A stretch of 64,000 bases of DNA from Spirulina sp. (GTDB lineage Bacteria > Cyanobacteriota > Cyanobacteriia > Phormidesmidales > Phormidesmidaceae). The position numbers and the translations under genes are program-made. How positions within the stretch are numbered: the stretch's first letter is position 1; every line of letters starts with the position of its first letter. The notes under the pieces were generated by a model that saw only the letters and a list, made by a program, of their open reading frames with translations, had not been told where the DNA came from and did not search any database. Location: assembly GCA_044070495.1 (NCBI GenBank), contig JBIPSI010000028.1:1-64000 (forward strand), written 5' to 3'. This document shows, one piece after another, positions 39,926 to 51,254 of the stretch.

Positions 39926-39956
39926 GTGCATACTCCCGAGTGCCTAAAAATAATGG

Positions 39957-40430
39957 CTATCTATATTTTTGAAGTAACTTTTCTAGCAGTGTTGAGGAGG
40001 TCCGAAAATTAGTTTGCCGCAGTTGGTCGATGGCCTTGTGGATATCGATCCAGCCTTGCGCTGCCGCTCGATCTAAGACTCCTAAAACCCCCGTTAAAGC
40101 TAGCCCACGACTAGCCGCAACTCTGCGAGCGGCTAAGTCATCCAGCAGAATGAGGTCGGCGTTGATCGCTTCAGCCAAAGCAATGGCTGCCCGTTCTCCA
40201 GCGTCGAGTTTATGTAGCTCTGGTGCCAAGGTAGTCGGTGCCGACTGTAGGACGAGCCAAGCTGGGGGTGCGTTAATCCACCGCTGGACAACCAAGGGCG
40301 CATTGGGGGAAGTTAGCTCATTTTGGACAGCCTCAGGGATAGTAATGGTACCAAAGAGGCGCGGTAACAGGTCGATGTATCCGATGGTGGTTAGGTAAGC
40401 GATTGGCGAAGTGTTAGAAACAGCGCGCAT
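39957..40430 (-). CDS. DUF3368 PIN-like protein
   Basis: AVSNTSPIAYL, IPEAVQNEL, LDAGERAAIALA, LLDDLAAR, TGVLGVL. Confidence 0.88.
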   Translation of the reverse strand: MRAVSNTSPIAYLTTIGYIDLLPRLFGTITIPEAVQNELTSPNAPLVVQRWINAPPAWLVLQSAPTTLAPELHKLDAGERAAIALAEAINADLILLDDLAARRVAASRGLALTGVLGVLDRAAAQGWIDIHKAIDQLRQTNFRTSSTLLEKLLQKYR

Positions 40431-40431
40431 A

Positions 40432-40695
40432 TTAGGCCAAGAGTGTATCTAGCGTGGCTTGATCCTGTTCTAGATCGGCCTCTCCGTAGGGCGGTTCAGC
40501 CTGTTCTTTCGCCAGAAAATTGTAGGTTTCCCAGCGAGAGGTAAAGCCTAGTAATTGCCCCACCTCTCCAGCCCCAATACGGCCTTTACAGTAGGCTTCG
40601 ATAGCTAGTAGCTCTAAGAAATGACGAGTGAGCGCTTCGCAACTGTCCGCAATTTGGATTGCGATGTTGTCAGGGATATCAAGGGTAATTTTCAT
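40432..40695 (-). CDS. UPF0175 family putative antitoxin
   Basis: MKITLDIPD...LAIEAY..GRI..GEVGQLLG..SRWE, 1 nt upstream of DUF3368. Confidence 0.82.
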   Translation of the reverse strand: MKITLDIPDNIAIQIADSCEALTRHFLELLAIEAYCKGRIGAGEVGQLLGFTSRWETYNFLAKEQAEPPYGEADLEQDQATLDTLLA

Positions 40696-40811
40696 GGGCT
40701 CAACCGGGGGATAAATCACCTCAACCTTGCTCCTATGGTAGGCCATGACTACAAGATGAGTCCCACCAGGGGCAGTCACTTGTGGCCATGCTGACCCTGG
40801 TCGGAAGTGAG

Positions 40812-42371
40812 CTAGCGTCCGGTTTTGAGGCTGTCGATCTTGCGGGTAAACAGGTCGGCGAAGATCATAATCACCCGCTGGGGCCGGGTTTTGATGTTGG
40901 CATTGAGGGACATCCCCGACTGCAACTGGATGGGCTGGCCATTGATGGGAATGAACTGTTGATCGAGGGTGATATCTGCCGGAAAGCGGTATTGGGGGTT
41001 GATTTGGTCGGGGGGTAGGGCATCGGAACCGATGTGGGTGAGGGTGCCCTTCACGTCGCCAAATTCGCTGTAGGGGAAGGAGTCAATCCGCACATCCACC
41101 CGCATTCCTTCCTCCACAAAGCCGATATCCCGGTTGGTGATGAACACTCGCGCCACCAGGGCATCGTTGGGCACAATTTCCATGATGGGCTCCGTGGAGT
41201 TGGTGACAAAGCCCGGTTGGTTGGCCTTGAGGTTAAACACGGTGCCGTTGATGGGAGCACGTAGTTCTTGGTAGACCAGGGTTTGTTGCAGTTCGGTGAT
41301 TTGGCTGCCCACCTCTTGCAGACGCTTCTCGTTTTCTAGGATGGTTTTGGTGATCTGGCTGTCGATGGTGGCGATTTGGTTGTCGTTGGCGGCAATCCGC
41401 TGCTGAAGCTCGTCCTGGGAGGTGGTTTGGGTATTGCGGAATTGCTCCTCGGCCTGGGCAATGGCGATGACTAACCGCTGCTCCTCTTCCACTAGGCGGT
41501 TGACCTCGGTTTGCTTATTTTTGACCTCTTGGCCCTGCTGTAAGAGGGGGATTTCGCCAATGCCGCCCTGGGATTGAAGGGTTTGTACCCGCACTAAGAT
41601 GTCCTGATTGAGGGCCAGATCCTGGCGGGCGTTGGCGAGTTGGGCTTGGGTTTGGGTAAGCTGGCGGCTGAGTTGCTCCACCTCTAGGCGGGCAATGCCC
41701 AACCGAGAAGCCAGATCGGCGTTGGCCGCTTGTAGTCGTTCTCGCTGGGCGGGGGTGAGGCTGTCTCCGGTGGTGTCCCCGACTAGCAGGGCACGGTAGA
41801 GAGCGTTTTCAGCAACCAGGGCCGATCGATTACTGGTGAGTTGCAGCAAACCGGGGGAAATTTCTGCCGGAGCCGCCACCCCCGACCGATCCGCCAGTTG
41901 CGACCGATAGAAGGCATTTTCCTCCAGCAACTTAGACTGAATGGCTTGCAGAGAAGCCAACTGGGCCTGACTGGTTTTTGGATCGAGGCTAACCAGCAAA
42001 TCGCCCTGCTGCACCGCCTGCCCTTCCTCCACATGTACCTGCTGCACCACCCCGCCGACGGGAGCTTGGACGGGCTGCACCGTGGCCTGGGGTTCTAGCT
42101 TGCCCTGGGCAGGAACGGCTTGCTCAAATTTAGCGAGGGATGCCCAGACAATGCTGGCCGTAGTCACGCCAATGATGCTCCACACCACCGCCCGCGACCA
42201 CCGGGGCGACTGACGCAAAATCACAGGCTTATCAAAGGTCTCTAGCTGCCGCGAGGGCGTGGTGGAGAGAACCGCATCCCCCGGCTGGCTGTGGCCGTTA
42301 CCATTGTGTCCGTTGGGGCTGCTGCCGTTGGGGGGCTGTTGTCCGGGGGGGAAGGGTTGGATGCGTACCAT
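40812..42371 (-). CDS. HlyD family type I secretion membrane fusion protein
   Basis: TM helix, GKLEP..VQAPVGG lipoyl half, long coiled coil, LRAPING, VRIDSFPYSEFG, LQSGM. Confidence 0.92.
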   Translation of the reverse strand: MVRIQPFPPGQQPPNGSSPNGHNGNGHSQPGDAVLSTTPSRQLETFDKPVILRQSPRWSRAVVWSIIGVTTASIVWASLAKFEQAVPAQGKLEPQATVQPVQAPVGGVVQQVHVEEGQAVQQGDLLVSLDPKTSQAQLASLQAIQSKLLEENAFYRSQLADRSGVAAPAEISPGLLQLTSNRSALVAENALYRALLVGDTTGDSLTPAQRERLQAANADLASRLGIARLEVEQLSRQLTQTQAQLANARQDLALNQDILVRVQTLQSQGGIGEIPLLQQGQEVKNKQTEVNRLVEEEQRLVIAIAQAEEQFRNTQTTSQDELQQRIAANDNQIATIDSQITKTILENEKRLQEVGSQITELQQTLVYQELRAPINGTVFNLKANQPGFVTNSTEPIMEIVPNDALVARVFITNRDIGFVEEGMRVDVRIDSFPYSEFGDVKGTLTHIGSDALPPDQINPQYRFPADITLDQQFIPINGQPIQLQSGMSLNANIKTRPQRVIMIFADLFTRKIDSLKTGR

Positions 42372-42373
42372 AG

Positions 42374-42405
42374 TTGGTTATTGGTTATTGGTTATTGGTT
42401 ATTGG
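42374..42405. repeat. Heptamer tandem repeat (TTGGTTA)n STRR
   Basis: Four full copies plus a partial. Confidence 0.75.
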
Positions 42406-42565
42406 CGGCTGGTTGGGCGTAGGGTGCATTCGTGAAGCAATGCACCATCTTCGGGATTCGGGATTCGTTGGGGTTGTTGGAATGTCGTGATTGATCGGTA
42501 CTGAAGATTGAGCCTTGAACGTTCGGCCCCCCTCTCCCACTGGGAGAGGGGCTGGGGGTGAGGGC

Positions 42566-45559
42566 TTACATCATGCTGGACTGCTGTTGGTAGAGGGTGT
42601 AGTAGCGGCCCTGAAGTTCCATGAGTTCTTCGTGGGTGCCCTGTTCCACGGCGGAGCCTTGATCCATCACCAGAATTTGGTCGGCCTGTTTGATGGTGTT
42701 CAAGCGGTGGGTGATAAAGAATACGGTGCGGCCCTGAGCCCAGGCGTGCAGGTTGATAGACACCTGGTGTTCGGTGTCGTAGTCGAGGGCGCTGGTGGCC
42801 TCGTCCATAATCAGCAGGCGGGGGTTTTGCAGGATGGTGCGGGCGATGGCGATGCGCTGGCGTTGGCCCCCGGAGAGGCTGGCTCCCCGTTCGCCGATGC
42901 GGGTGTTGTAGCCCAGGGGCAGTTCCATGATGAAGTCGTGGCAGCAGGCAATGCGGGCCGCTTCGAGGATGGCGTTGGCGTCGGCGTTGGGGTTGGTGAG
43001 GGAGATATTTTCCTGGATGGTGCCCTCAAATAGCAGACTATCCTGGGGCACAATGCCAATCTGCCGCCGCAGGGAGTGCAGTTCCACCTTGCTGATGTCG
43101 TACTGATCGATCAGGATGCGGCCCGATTCCACCTCATAGAGGCGGGGCAGCAGTTTCATCAGGGTGCTTTTACCGGAACCGCTTTGGCCGACAATACCGA
43201 TGAAAATCCCCGCCGAAAACTCCAGGTTGATGTTGATCAACTGCATGGGGCCAGAGGGGCCAAATCGAAAGGCCACGTTCTCGAAGGTGACTTGGCCCAC
43301 CAGTTCCGGCATGGGAATTTGCTGGGCGTCGTGGGCGTCGGTTTCCTGGGGATGGTCGATGATGTCGGAGAGCCGCTCTAGGGAGAGGGCGGTTTCCTGG
43401 AAGTTTTGCCACAGCTGGGCGAGGCGCAAAATCGGCGCGGTCACGTAGCCGGAAATAATCCGAAAGGCGATCAGCTGACCGAGGGTGAGTTCGCCCTTTA
43501 GCACCAGGTAGGCCCCTACCCACAGCACCAGCAGTCCTGAGAGTTTGTTCAAAAAGTTGCTGGCACTGTTGGCGGTGGTGGAGGTCAGCACGGTTTTGAA
43601 CCCAGCACTGACGTATTCGGCGTAGCGCTCCTGCCATTTCCAGCGGGTGCGTAGCTCAATATTTTGGGCCTTCACCGTTTGAATACCGGAGAGGGATTCC
43701 ACCAGCAGCGACTGGGTGGCGGCGTTGCGCTCGGCCTTCACCCGCAGTTGCCGCCGCACAATGGGGGCCGCCAACATGGTCACCGCCACAAACAGCGGAA
43801 TCGTGGCCAGGGCTACCAGGGTCAGCAGCCAGCTATAGATGAACATCACCACGATGTAGACCACGGAAAACACCGAGTCCAGCACCACGGTGAGGGCCGT
43901 CCCAGTTAGGAAGGAACGGATATTTTCGAGTTCGTTAATTCGGCTGGAGAGTTCCCCCACGGGCCGTTTGTCGAAGTAGCGCAGGGGCAGACGAAACAGA
44001 TGATCGATAATTTCCGACCCCAGGGTCATGTCGATGCGGTTGGTGGTATCGACAAACAAATAGGTGCGTAAACTGCTGAGCAGGGCCTCGAAAACCGCCA
44101 CAATCACCAGGAAAATACCCAGCACTTGCAGGGTATCAATACTGTTTTGCACGATCACCTTATCGATGATGATCTGCACCATCAGCGGGTTGGCCAAGCC
44201 AAACAACTGCACGAAGAAGGAGGCTACAAACACCTCCACTAGCACCCATTTATATTTGACGATGGAGGGCCAGAACCATTGCAGACCAAACTTTTGCTGG
44301 GGGGTTTCGCGGGTGGGTTCTAATAGCAAGACTTCGCCACTTTGGCCCCAGGCTTCGGCAAAACTTTCCGGGGTGCGGCGGATTAACCCCACCTCAGGAT
44401 CACCCAAAATATAGGCTTTTTCCGAGGTTTCGTAGAGCACCGCAAAGCTCTCGTGCCACTGAATTAGGCAGGGCGTATTCAGCCGACTGAAGGCCGCCGC
44501 AGGCACCCGCACCAACTGGGTTTTCAGCCCCATCATTTCGCTGAGGCCACCCAAAACGGGCATGGATAACCCCACCCGCTCCTGCTGGTTCACCAAAATT
44601 TTGCGGATCACATCCTTGCGGAAGGGCATTTTGAAATGCTGGCTGAGCATATCAAAACAGGCCAAGGCCCCATCCACCTGCCCCCGCCCCCTGGCGTAGG
44701 GATAGCCCCTAGCGCGGCCATCTCCCTTGGCGGTGGCTTCCCTGTCTTGATCGTTAGCCGTTAGTTGGGCCTCGGTGGCGTAGGGAATGCCGTTCACATC
44801 CAGCACTTCCACCGGACGATACTCGGCCTCCGGTTCCGCCTCGGCTTCCATCTGGAAGGTTTCCGCCAGCACCGTGGGCGTGAGGCCAATCAGCCGCGCC
44901 CCCTGGGGGCTGAGAACCTCCACCGTGACCTGGGGATCCACCGCCAACACCGACCCCACGGGCTGGTTCAGAATCGTGCCGCCGCTGAGAATCCAGGTAA
45001 AGTTTGGATCCAAATTCCGCAGGCTGCACACCCCGCTGGGGAAGTTGACAATGGCCGATTCGTCACACACCAGTCGCGCCTTGGCCTTGAGGTCGCCCAA
45101 ATCCAAAGCCCTTTGCTGGGCGTGCTGGCTGAGCAGGTCAAAGGCTTCGATGGGGTAAATGTGGTCGCGAAGGGCGGCCCCAAAGCTGGGATAGTCCTTC
45201 AGGCATTGCAAAAAAGTGTAGGAGGGCAGGTTGAGGGCCACCACCTCCGTCGAGGCAATCACCGTCTCGCAGGGCTGGCCCCGAATCAGGCTGATCGCCC
45301 CCACCAGTTCCCCAGGCCCCAGGCGTTGTAGGGTCACAGGCTGCTGACTGCGCGGATCGTAGCCCAGCAATCGCGCCTGCCCCTCCAGGATGACAATCAC
45401 CTGTTGGCTCAGCACCTCCCGCCGCAGCAGGGGTTGTCCCACCCGATACCGCAGGGGTGTGGCCGTCTGGGTCAGCGACGTCAGCATCGCTTCCGGTAGC
45501 CCATCAAAGGGGGGGAAGGCGCGCAGGGTTTGATGGAGGGACAGGGGCGTTTGGGTCAT
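42566..45559 (-). CDS. Type I secretion ABC transporter HlyB-like (cNMP-binding - C39-like - ABC)
   Basis: N-terminal cNMP-like domain; C39-like domain without the canonical DCG cysteine; GQSGSGKS, LSGGQRQR, DEATSALD. Confidence 0.92.
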   Translation of the reverse strand: MTQTPLSLHQTLRAFPPFDGLPEAMLTSLTQTATPLRYRVGQPLLRREVLSQQVIVILEGQARLLGYDPRSQQPVTLQRLGPGELVGAISLIRGQPCETVIASTEVVALNLPSYTFLQCLKDYPSFGAALRDHIYPIEAFDLLSQHAQQRALDLGDLKAKARLVCDESAIVNFPSGVCSLRNLDPNFTWILSGGTILNQPVGSVLAVDPQVTVEVLSPQGARLIGLTPTVLAETFQMEAEAEPEAEYRPVEVLDVNGIPYATEAQLTANDQDREATAKGDGRARGYPYARGRGQVDGALACFDMLSQHFKMPFRKDVIRKILVNQQERVGLSMPVLGGLSEMMGLKTQLVRVPAAAFSRLNTPCLIQWHESFAVLYETSEKAYILGDPEVGLIRRTPESFAEAWGQSGEVLLLEPTRETPQQKFGLQWFWPSIVKYKWVLVEVFVASFFVQLFGLANPLMVQIIIDKVIVQNSIDTLQVLGIFLVIVAVFEALLSSLRTYLFVDTTNRIDMTLGSEIIDHLFRLPLRYFDKRPVGELSSRINELENIRSFLTGTALTVVLDSVFSVVYIVVMFIYSWLLTLVALATIPLFVAVTMLAAPIVRRQLRVKAERNAATQSLLVESLSGIQTVKAQNIELRTRWKWQERYAEYVSAGFKTVLTSTTANSASNFLNKLSGLLVLWVGAYLVLKGELTLGQLIAFRIISGYVTAPILRLAQLWQNFQETALSLERLSDIIDHPQETDAHDAQQIPMPELVGQVTFENVAFRFGPSGPMQLININLEFSAGIFIGIVGQSGSGKSTLMKLLPRLYEVESGRILIDQYDISKVELHSLRRQIGIVPQDSLLFEGTIQENISLTNPNADANAILEAARIACCHDFIMELPLGYNTRIGERGASLSGGQRQRIAIARTILQNPRLLIMDEATSALDYDTEHQVSINLHAWAQGRTVFFITHRLNTIKQADQILVMDQGSAVEQGTHEELMELQGRYYTLYQQQSSMM

Positions 45560-45839
45560 CGTCAGAGGCAGGTTAGAAACTGCGGTGAGCGTCGTTTGAA
45601 GGGGTTGGGGTGAGGAGCCTAGTCCGTGGCAAAGACGGCATCTAGATCACACACAACCTGATTTCGCACCGAGTCCATCCACCATAGATGGCCCAGGCTC
45701 GAATTTCCTTAACTTCTCCTATTGTTTTCAGATTGGCGGGAATTTTAGTCTGGCGAAAAAGAAGTTAATACTTGGCCGCAAAGGATGTTAACACTCTGGG
45801 GGCGGCGGCATTAGGTGTTGGGGGCGACATTGACGGGAG

Positions 45840-45956
45840 GAGCCTAGGACTAAAAGTCCCAGGCTCAAAGCCAAAATCCTCTGAAGAGGATTGGGAGCCG
45901 AGTTCCCAGTCTGCTTTAGCAGACTTCTGCAATCAGCCAGGGAGTTTACTCCCTGG
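45840..45956. repeat. Four-hairpin composite repeat (REP-like)
   Basis: Stems GAGCCTAGGACT/AGTCCCAGGCTC, AATCCTC/GAGGATT, AGTCTGCT/AGCAGACT and CCAGGGAGT/ACTCCCTGG. Confidence 0.65.
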
Positions 45957-46090
45957 TGGTCGTGGCGAGGGGGCAAGCCCTTAGGATTGTGACAGTCGTG
46001 AAAGCCGACCGATGGTTGAGTCTTAGGCGGTAAAACGGTGTTATTGCTGGGGTATTCCTTGAGTCCCGTTTCCCTACCCACGGCCTAACC

Positions 46091-46648
46091 ATGCTCACCG
46101 TTCCCTCTGCCTGGTTTCCTCGCCTCAGTGCCTTGGCCCTTGCCCTAGGGTTGGCAACGGGGTGCGAAACCTACCCTGCCACGGGCAACACCGTTACCAC
46201 GGGCACCTACGAAGCCATGGCCACCGTCACCTATACCTGGCAGGTGGAGTATGCCCGCAGCTTTGACCAGCAGCGCACCATTCGGCGGGAAACCTTTGAA
46301 TCGACCAGCCTGGTGAACCGCAACGGGGTTCAGCCCGAAGGCGCGGTGACTGGCCCCGATGATGATGGCCTGTGGTGGCCTGCCCTACCGCCCCGACCCA
46401 CCGCCGACGAGCTAGAGGATCGTAAGCAGGAATCCATCGAACAGCGCACCGATCCCCTGCTGCAAAAGGATGTAGACTACGCCATTACCTTTGACTACGA
46501 TGGCCAACGCCGCACCCTGCCCACCAGCCGCAGTGTCTACCGCGAGGCCAGTCGCGCCTTTGCCGACCAGCAGGCCCTCGAACTCACCTTTGGCCCAGCG
46601 GAACAAAGCATTGGAGCCGCCCGCCGCATCGCTAGCTTTGATCGTTGA
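46091..46648 (+). CDS. Hypothetical lipoprotein
   Basis: Lipobox-like LATGC; TYTWQVEY and GPDDDGLWWPALPPRP segments. Confidence 0.72.
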   Translation: MLTVPSAWFPRLSALALALGLATGCETYPATGNTVTTGTYEAMATVTYTWQVEYARSFDQQRTIRRETFESTSLVNRNGVQPEGAVTGPDDDGLWWPALPPRPTADELEDRKQESIEQRTDPLLQKDVDYAITFDYDGQRRTLPTSRSVYREASRAFADQQALELTFGPAEQSIGAARRIASFDR

Positions 46649-46753
46649 GGGCAGGATTCAAGCCATTAGCCCCCATTAATCTCTGCTTAGACCACAGGCT
46701 AATCCGGGTAGTCTAGATAACATAAGGAGCCTAGTGTTAGGGGTTGGGGCCGG

Positions 46754-49084
46754 ATGATTCGAGACGAGTTTGTGTGTCGATTTCGACCAGAAGGGCAGGT
46801 GGTGTATGTCAACAGCGCCTACTGCCAGTACTTTGGCTGCGACGCGGCGAATCTATCTCTTCTAACGGAGCCACCCCACCTCACCCAAAGCCTAGACGGT
46901 TGGCCCGAACTGAACGTGATGACCATCACCACCGACCATGCGCGGCTGAACCACGAAACTCGCATCCAGATCCCCAGCGGCGATGTGCTGTGGCAGCAGT
47001 GGTATAACCAGGGGCATTTTGACGACCAGGGCCAACTGATCGAAATCCAGGCTGTGGGGCGAGACATCACCCGCTATAAACGGGCGGAGGTGCGGTTGCA
47101 GCACCAGATCGAGCGGGAGAAATCCCTGGGGCGGTTGGTGGATCGGCTGCGCCAGAGCTTTGATCTGCAAGACATTTTTGCCATTGCCACCGAGGAACTG
47201 CGGCACCTGCTGGGCTGCGACCGGGCCTCGGTCTACCAGTTTGCGGAGGACTGGAGCGGCCATTTTGTGGCGGAATCGGTGACGGCGGGTTGGCTGCCGC
47301 TGGTGGGGGAGGGGCGCCGCACGGTGTGGGCCGATACCTATCTGCAAGAGCACCAGGGGGGCCGCTACCGAAACCGAGAAACCTTCGCCATTGACGACAT
47401 TTACATGAGTGGCCACACCCCTTGCCACATCGACATTTTGGAGCAGTTTCAGGTGCGGGCCTATGCCATTGTGCCGATTTTTCAGCAGGAGGAACTGTGG
47501 GGATTGCTGAGCGCCTACCAAAACGCTGGCCCCCGTCGCTGGCAACCGCAGGACATCACCCTGATGACCCAGGTGTCGCACCACTTGGGCCTTGCCCTGT
47601 ACCAAATTGGGTTGCTCAACCAGGCCCAGCAGGCCAAGGAATCCGCCGAACGGGCCAACCGCGCCAAGAGCGACTTTTTGGCCCACATGAGCCACGAACT
47701 CCGCACCCCCCTGAATGCCATCCTCGGCTATTCCCAGCTTTTGCGCCGCGATATGCGCCTGCCCGCCGACACCCAGGAACACCTCGCCACCATTGCCCAC
47801 AGCGGCGAATACCTGCTGAATTTGATTAACGACATCCTCAGCCTGTCTAAAATTGAGGCGGGCCAGATGACCCTAGTGCCCAGCGCCTTTAGCCTGCCGG
47901 ACTTGGTGCAGCAGTTGGTGGATATGCTGTTGCCGAGGGCCAATGCCCAGGGACTCAGCCTCACCTTTCACCTCGATCCTGCCCTGCCGCCCTACCTCCG
48001 CAGCGACCAGGGCAAACTTCAGCAAATTCTGCTAAATCTGCTGGATAACGCCCTCAAATTCACCCCCGCTGGAACCATCAGCCTCGCCGTAGATTGGGCC
48101 GATGCGGAGGCCAGTCCTCCCCTATTGCGCTTTTGCGTGGCCGACACTGGCCCCGGCATTGCCCCCCACCAGGTGCAGGATTTATTTCAGCCCTTCTCCC
48201 AAACCGACACAGGCCGCACCCGCCAGGATGGCACCGGGCTGGGGTTGGCCCTCAGTCGGCGGTTTGCCCACCTGCTTGGCGGCGATCTCACCCTGGCGGC
48301 CTCTGGCCCCCAGGGCAGCACCTTTCACCTGCATCTGCCCGTGGTGGTGGTGAATCAGGTGGATCTCAAGCCCCGTCCAGCCACCGATCAGGTTGTGAGC
48401 TTGGCCCCCGATCAGCCCGTGCCGCGTATTTTGGTGGCCGACGACAACGAACCCAACCGACGGCTGTTGATCACCCTGCTGGGAAGCCTCGGCTTTGAGG
48501 TGAGGGGAGCCTGTGATGGCCAGGAGGCGGTGACCCTGACTCAGCAGTGGTCTCCCGATCTGGTGTTGATGGATTTGCGAATGCCAATTTTAGACGGCTA
48601 CCAAGCCACCCGACAAATTCGATCTGACCATGGAGAGAGGCCCGTGATCATCGCCCTCAGTGCCAGCGCCTTTGATGAAGACGAAACCGTGGCCCTAGCG
48701 AGCGGCTGTGATGGTTTTCTTCGCAAGCCCATCCGAGAGAACGACCTGCTGGAGGCCATCCAACAACATCTTGGGGTACGCTATCTCTATGCCGAATCTG
48801 CACCTCAGGATGCCCCCCACGGCCCAGATTCCTACGCTCCAGACTTGCCTCTGGAGCTGGCGGGTCTCCCCGCCGAATGGGTGGATCGGTTATACCAAGG
48901 GGCCTTGGTCGCCAATAGCCAAGCCATCTATACCCTGTTGGACGAGTTGCCCCCCGACCGCCAGCCGCTAGCCCTGGCCCTGCGCCGTTGGGTACAAGAT
49001 TTTCGCTGTGACAAAATTATTGAACTGGTAGAGCAAGGGCGTGACGCAACCGGAAGGGAACCCGATCATTCTGATTGTGGATGA
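46754..49084 (+). CDS. Hybrid histidine kinase with cyanobacteriochrome GAF (PAS-GAF-HisKA-HATPase-REC)
   Basis: GAF with WADTYLQE and PCH chromophore motif; [16 protein letters not shown] boxes, REC LMDLRMP. Confidence 0.92.
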   Translation: MIRDEFVCRFRPEGQVVYVNSAYCQYFGCDAANLSLLTEPPHLTQSLDGWPELNVMTITTDHARLNHETRIQIPSGDVLWQQWYNQGHFDDQGQLIEIQAVGRDITRYKRAEVRLQHQIEREKSLGRLVDRLRQSFDLQDIFAIATEELRHLLGCDRASVYQFAEDWSGHFVAESVTAGWLPLVGEGRRTVWADTYLQEHQGGRYRNRETFAIDDIYMSGHTPCHIDILEQFQVRAYAIVPIFQQEELWGLLSAYQNAGPRRWQPQDITLMTQVSHHLGLALYQIGLLNQAQQAKESAERANRAKSDFLAHMSHELRTPLNAILGYSQLLRRDMRLPADTQEHLATIAHSGEYLLNLINDILSLSKIEAGQMTLVPSAFSLPDLVQQLVDMLLPRANAQGLSLTFHLDPALPPYLRSDQGKLQQILLNLLDNALKFTPAGTISLAVDWADAEASPPLLRFCVADTGPGIAPHQVQDLFQPFSQTDTGRTRQDGTGLGLALSRRFAHLLGGDLTLAASGPQGSTFHLHLPVVVVNQVDLKPRPATDQVVSLAPDQPVPRILVADDNEPNRRLLITLLGSLGFEVRGACDGQEAVTLTQQWSPDLVLMDLRMPILDGYQATRQIRSDHGERPVIIALSASAFDEDETVALASGCDGFLRKPIRENDLLEAIQQHLGVRYLYAESAPQDAPHGPDSYAPDLPLELAGLPAEWVDRLYQGALVANSQAIYTLLDELPPDRQPLALALRRWVQDFRCDKIIELVEQGRDATGREPDHSDCG

Positions 49085-51254
49085 CACCACCGAAAATTTG
49101 CGGGTGTTGTCGGCGGCGTTGGCCAACCACGGGTATGACGTGCGCGGGGTAATCAACGGCGAGATGGCGCTGCGGACGGCCCAGGCGGCTCCCCCGGCAT
49201 TGATTTTGTTGGATATTCGGATGCCGGGGATGGATGGCTATGAGGTTTGTCGGCGGCTGAAAGCCATCCCCAAGACCCAGGATATTCCTGTAATTTTCCT
49301 CAGCGCCCTGGGGGATTCCATCGATAAGGTGCAAGCCTTTGGCGTAGGCGGGGTAGACTACATCACCAAGCCCTTTCAGCTCGATGAGGTGCTAGTGCGG
49401 ATTAAAAACCAGCTCGCCCTCCAGGCGGCCCAGCGCACCGTTCAACACATGAACCAAACCCTGGAACAGCAGGTGCAAGATCGCACCGCCGAACTGGCCC
49501 AGGCCAACCACATTCTCAGCCAAGAAATTGAAGAACGAAAGCGCATCGAAAAAGACCTGCGCGATTCGGAGCTACGCTATCGCCTGGTGGCCGACAACAT
49601 TAGCGACCTGGTGGGGCTGCACGACCTAAAGGGGAATTTTATCTACGTCAGCCCCTCCTGCCTGGGGCTGCTGGGCCACACCGCAGACAACCTGCTGGGC
49701 CAAAATTTCTATGACTTCATCCACCCCGACGACCGCGAACGGGTGCGGCTGCAAATCCAAGCCCTGCGTCCGCCCCAAACCCTGGCCCAGTTGCTCTATC
49801 GGGCGGTGCGTTCCTCCGGCGATGACCTTTGGCTAGAAACCTTAGCGAAGCCCATTCTGAATGAACGGGGCCGGGTGGTGCAGGTACAAACGGTGTCGCG
49901 GGACGTGACCGAACGGGTGCAGGTGGAGGCCCAACTGCGTCACCAAGCCTTGTACGACGACCTCACCCAACTGCCCAACCGCACCCTGTTTATGGAGCGG
50001 GTAGACTACGCTCTGCACCAGGGCCAAAGCCCCCGTTCCTTTGCGGTGCTGTTCATCGATATTGACCGCTTTAAGCTGATTAACGACAGCCTCGGCCATG
50101 GGGCGGGGGATCACCTGCTGCGGTCGGTGGTCAACACCCTCAGCCAATATCTGCGCCCCTGCGATACCCTGGCCCGCTGGGGCGGCGATGAATTTGCCCT
50201 GCTGCTGCCCGACCTGGATGACATCACCAGCGCCATTGAGGTGGCCACGGCCATGCAAACCGGACTCGCCCGCCCCATCGACCTAGGGGAACAGTCGGTG
50301 GTGATTAGCGCCAGCATTGGCATTGTGTGGTCGGCGGGCTATTACCAAAGCGGCACCGAAATTTTGCGCGATGCCGACACCGCCATGTATCGGGCCAAAA
50401 GCCGGGGCCGCGCCTGCTACGAAGTGTTTGACCCGGAAATGCACCGGGAAATGCTGCATCGCCTCACCCTAGAACACGACCTGCGGCGGGCCATCGAAAC
50501 CGACCAGTTCCAGGTTTACTACCAGCCCCAGGTTGATCTCGCCACGGGGCAATGGCTGGGGGTCGAGGCGCTGGCCCGCTGGCCCCATCCCGAACGAGGC
50601 ATGATTAGCCCCCAGGTATTTATCCCCATTGCCGAGGAGACTGGACTGATTCAGGCGGTGGGAGAATGGGTGCTGTGGGCCACCTGCTACCAGTTGCAGC
50701 AGTGGCACCGCCAGTTTCCCCAGCAGCCCCTCTATGCCAGCGTGAATGTGGCCAGCCAGCAGCTTCAGCAGTCAGACTTTTTGGAAACCATCGATCAGGT
50801 TCTAGAGGGCACCGCCCTAGATCCCGCCTTTCTGCACCTGGAAATTACCGAACGGGCCTTAATTGAAGACACCCCCCACACCGCCGAAGTGCTGGCCGGA
50901 CTGCGACAGCGGGGCATTCAAGTCAACCTAGACGACTTTGGCACGGGCTATTCTTCCCTCAGCTACCTGCATCGCTTCCCGGTGGATGTGTTGAAAATTG
51001 ACCAGTCCTTTGTCGGCCAAATTCAGCCAGATAATCCCCAGCCCGAAGCCCTCGGCATCATTCGCGCCATCCTCAACCTGGCCCAGGGCATGGGAATGCA
51101 GGTGGTGGCCGAAGGGGTAGAAACCGACTACCAACGGCAACAACTGGCTCAGATGGGTTGCCCCATGGGTCAGGGCTATTATTTCGCCCGTCCCCTCCCC
51201 GCCGAAACCATCACCCAACGCCTGAGTGCCCAATCCACCGCCGAACCGTCCTAG
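49041..51254 (+). CDS. REC-PAS-GGDEF-EAL protein
   Basis: IVDD...[36 protein letters not shown]. Overlaps the upstream kinase by 44 nt. Confidence 0.93.
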   Translation: MTQPEGNPIILIVDDTTENLRVLSAALANHGYDVRGVINGEMALRTAQAAPPALILLDIRMPGMDGYEVCRRLKAIPKTQDIPVIFLSALGDSIDKVQAFGVGGVDYITKPFQLDEVLVRIKNQLALQAAQRTVQHMNQTLEQQVQDRTAELAQANHILSQEIEERKRIEKDLRDSELRYRLVADNISDLVGLHDLKGNFIYVSPSCLGLLGHTADNLLGQNFYDFIHPDDRERVRLQIQALRPPQTLAQLLYRAVRSSGDDLWLETLAKPILNERGRVVQVQTVSRDVTERVQVEAQLRHQALYDDLTQLPNRTLFMERVDYALHQGQSPRSFAVLFIDIDRFKLINDSLGHGAGDHLLRSVVNTLSQYLRPCDTLARWGGDEFALLLPDLDDITSAIEVATAMQTGLARPIDLGEQSVVISASIGIVWSAGYYQSGTEILRDADTAMYRAKSRGRACYEVFDPEMHREMLHRLTLEHDLRRAIETDQFQVYYQPQVDLATGQWLGVEALARWPHPERGMISPQVFIPIAEETGLIQAVGEWVLWATCYQLQQWHRQFPQQPLYASVNVASQQLQQSDFLETIDQVLEGTALDPAFLHLEITERALIEDTPHTAEVLAGLRQRGIQVNLDDFGTGYSSLSYLHRFPVDVLKIDQSFVGQIQPDNPQPEALGIIRAILNLAQGMGMQVVAEGVETDYQRQQLAQMGCPMGQGYYFARPLPAETITQRLSAQSTAEPS

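Noticed and set aside
42566..45559. Bacteriocin/RiPP cluster suggested by the peptidase-domain ABC transporter
   Set aside because: The C39-like domain lacks the canonical catalytic Cys context, and no precursor or modifying enzyme is nearby; it fits a general type I secretion system.
46892..47800. Long antisense ORFs (also 21838-22644, 27688-28356, 56726-57406, 60626-61228)
   Set aside because: They lie antisense to well-supported genes, as expected in GC-rich DNA.
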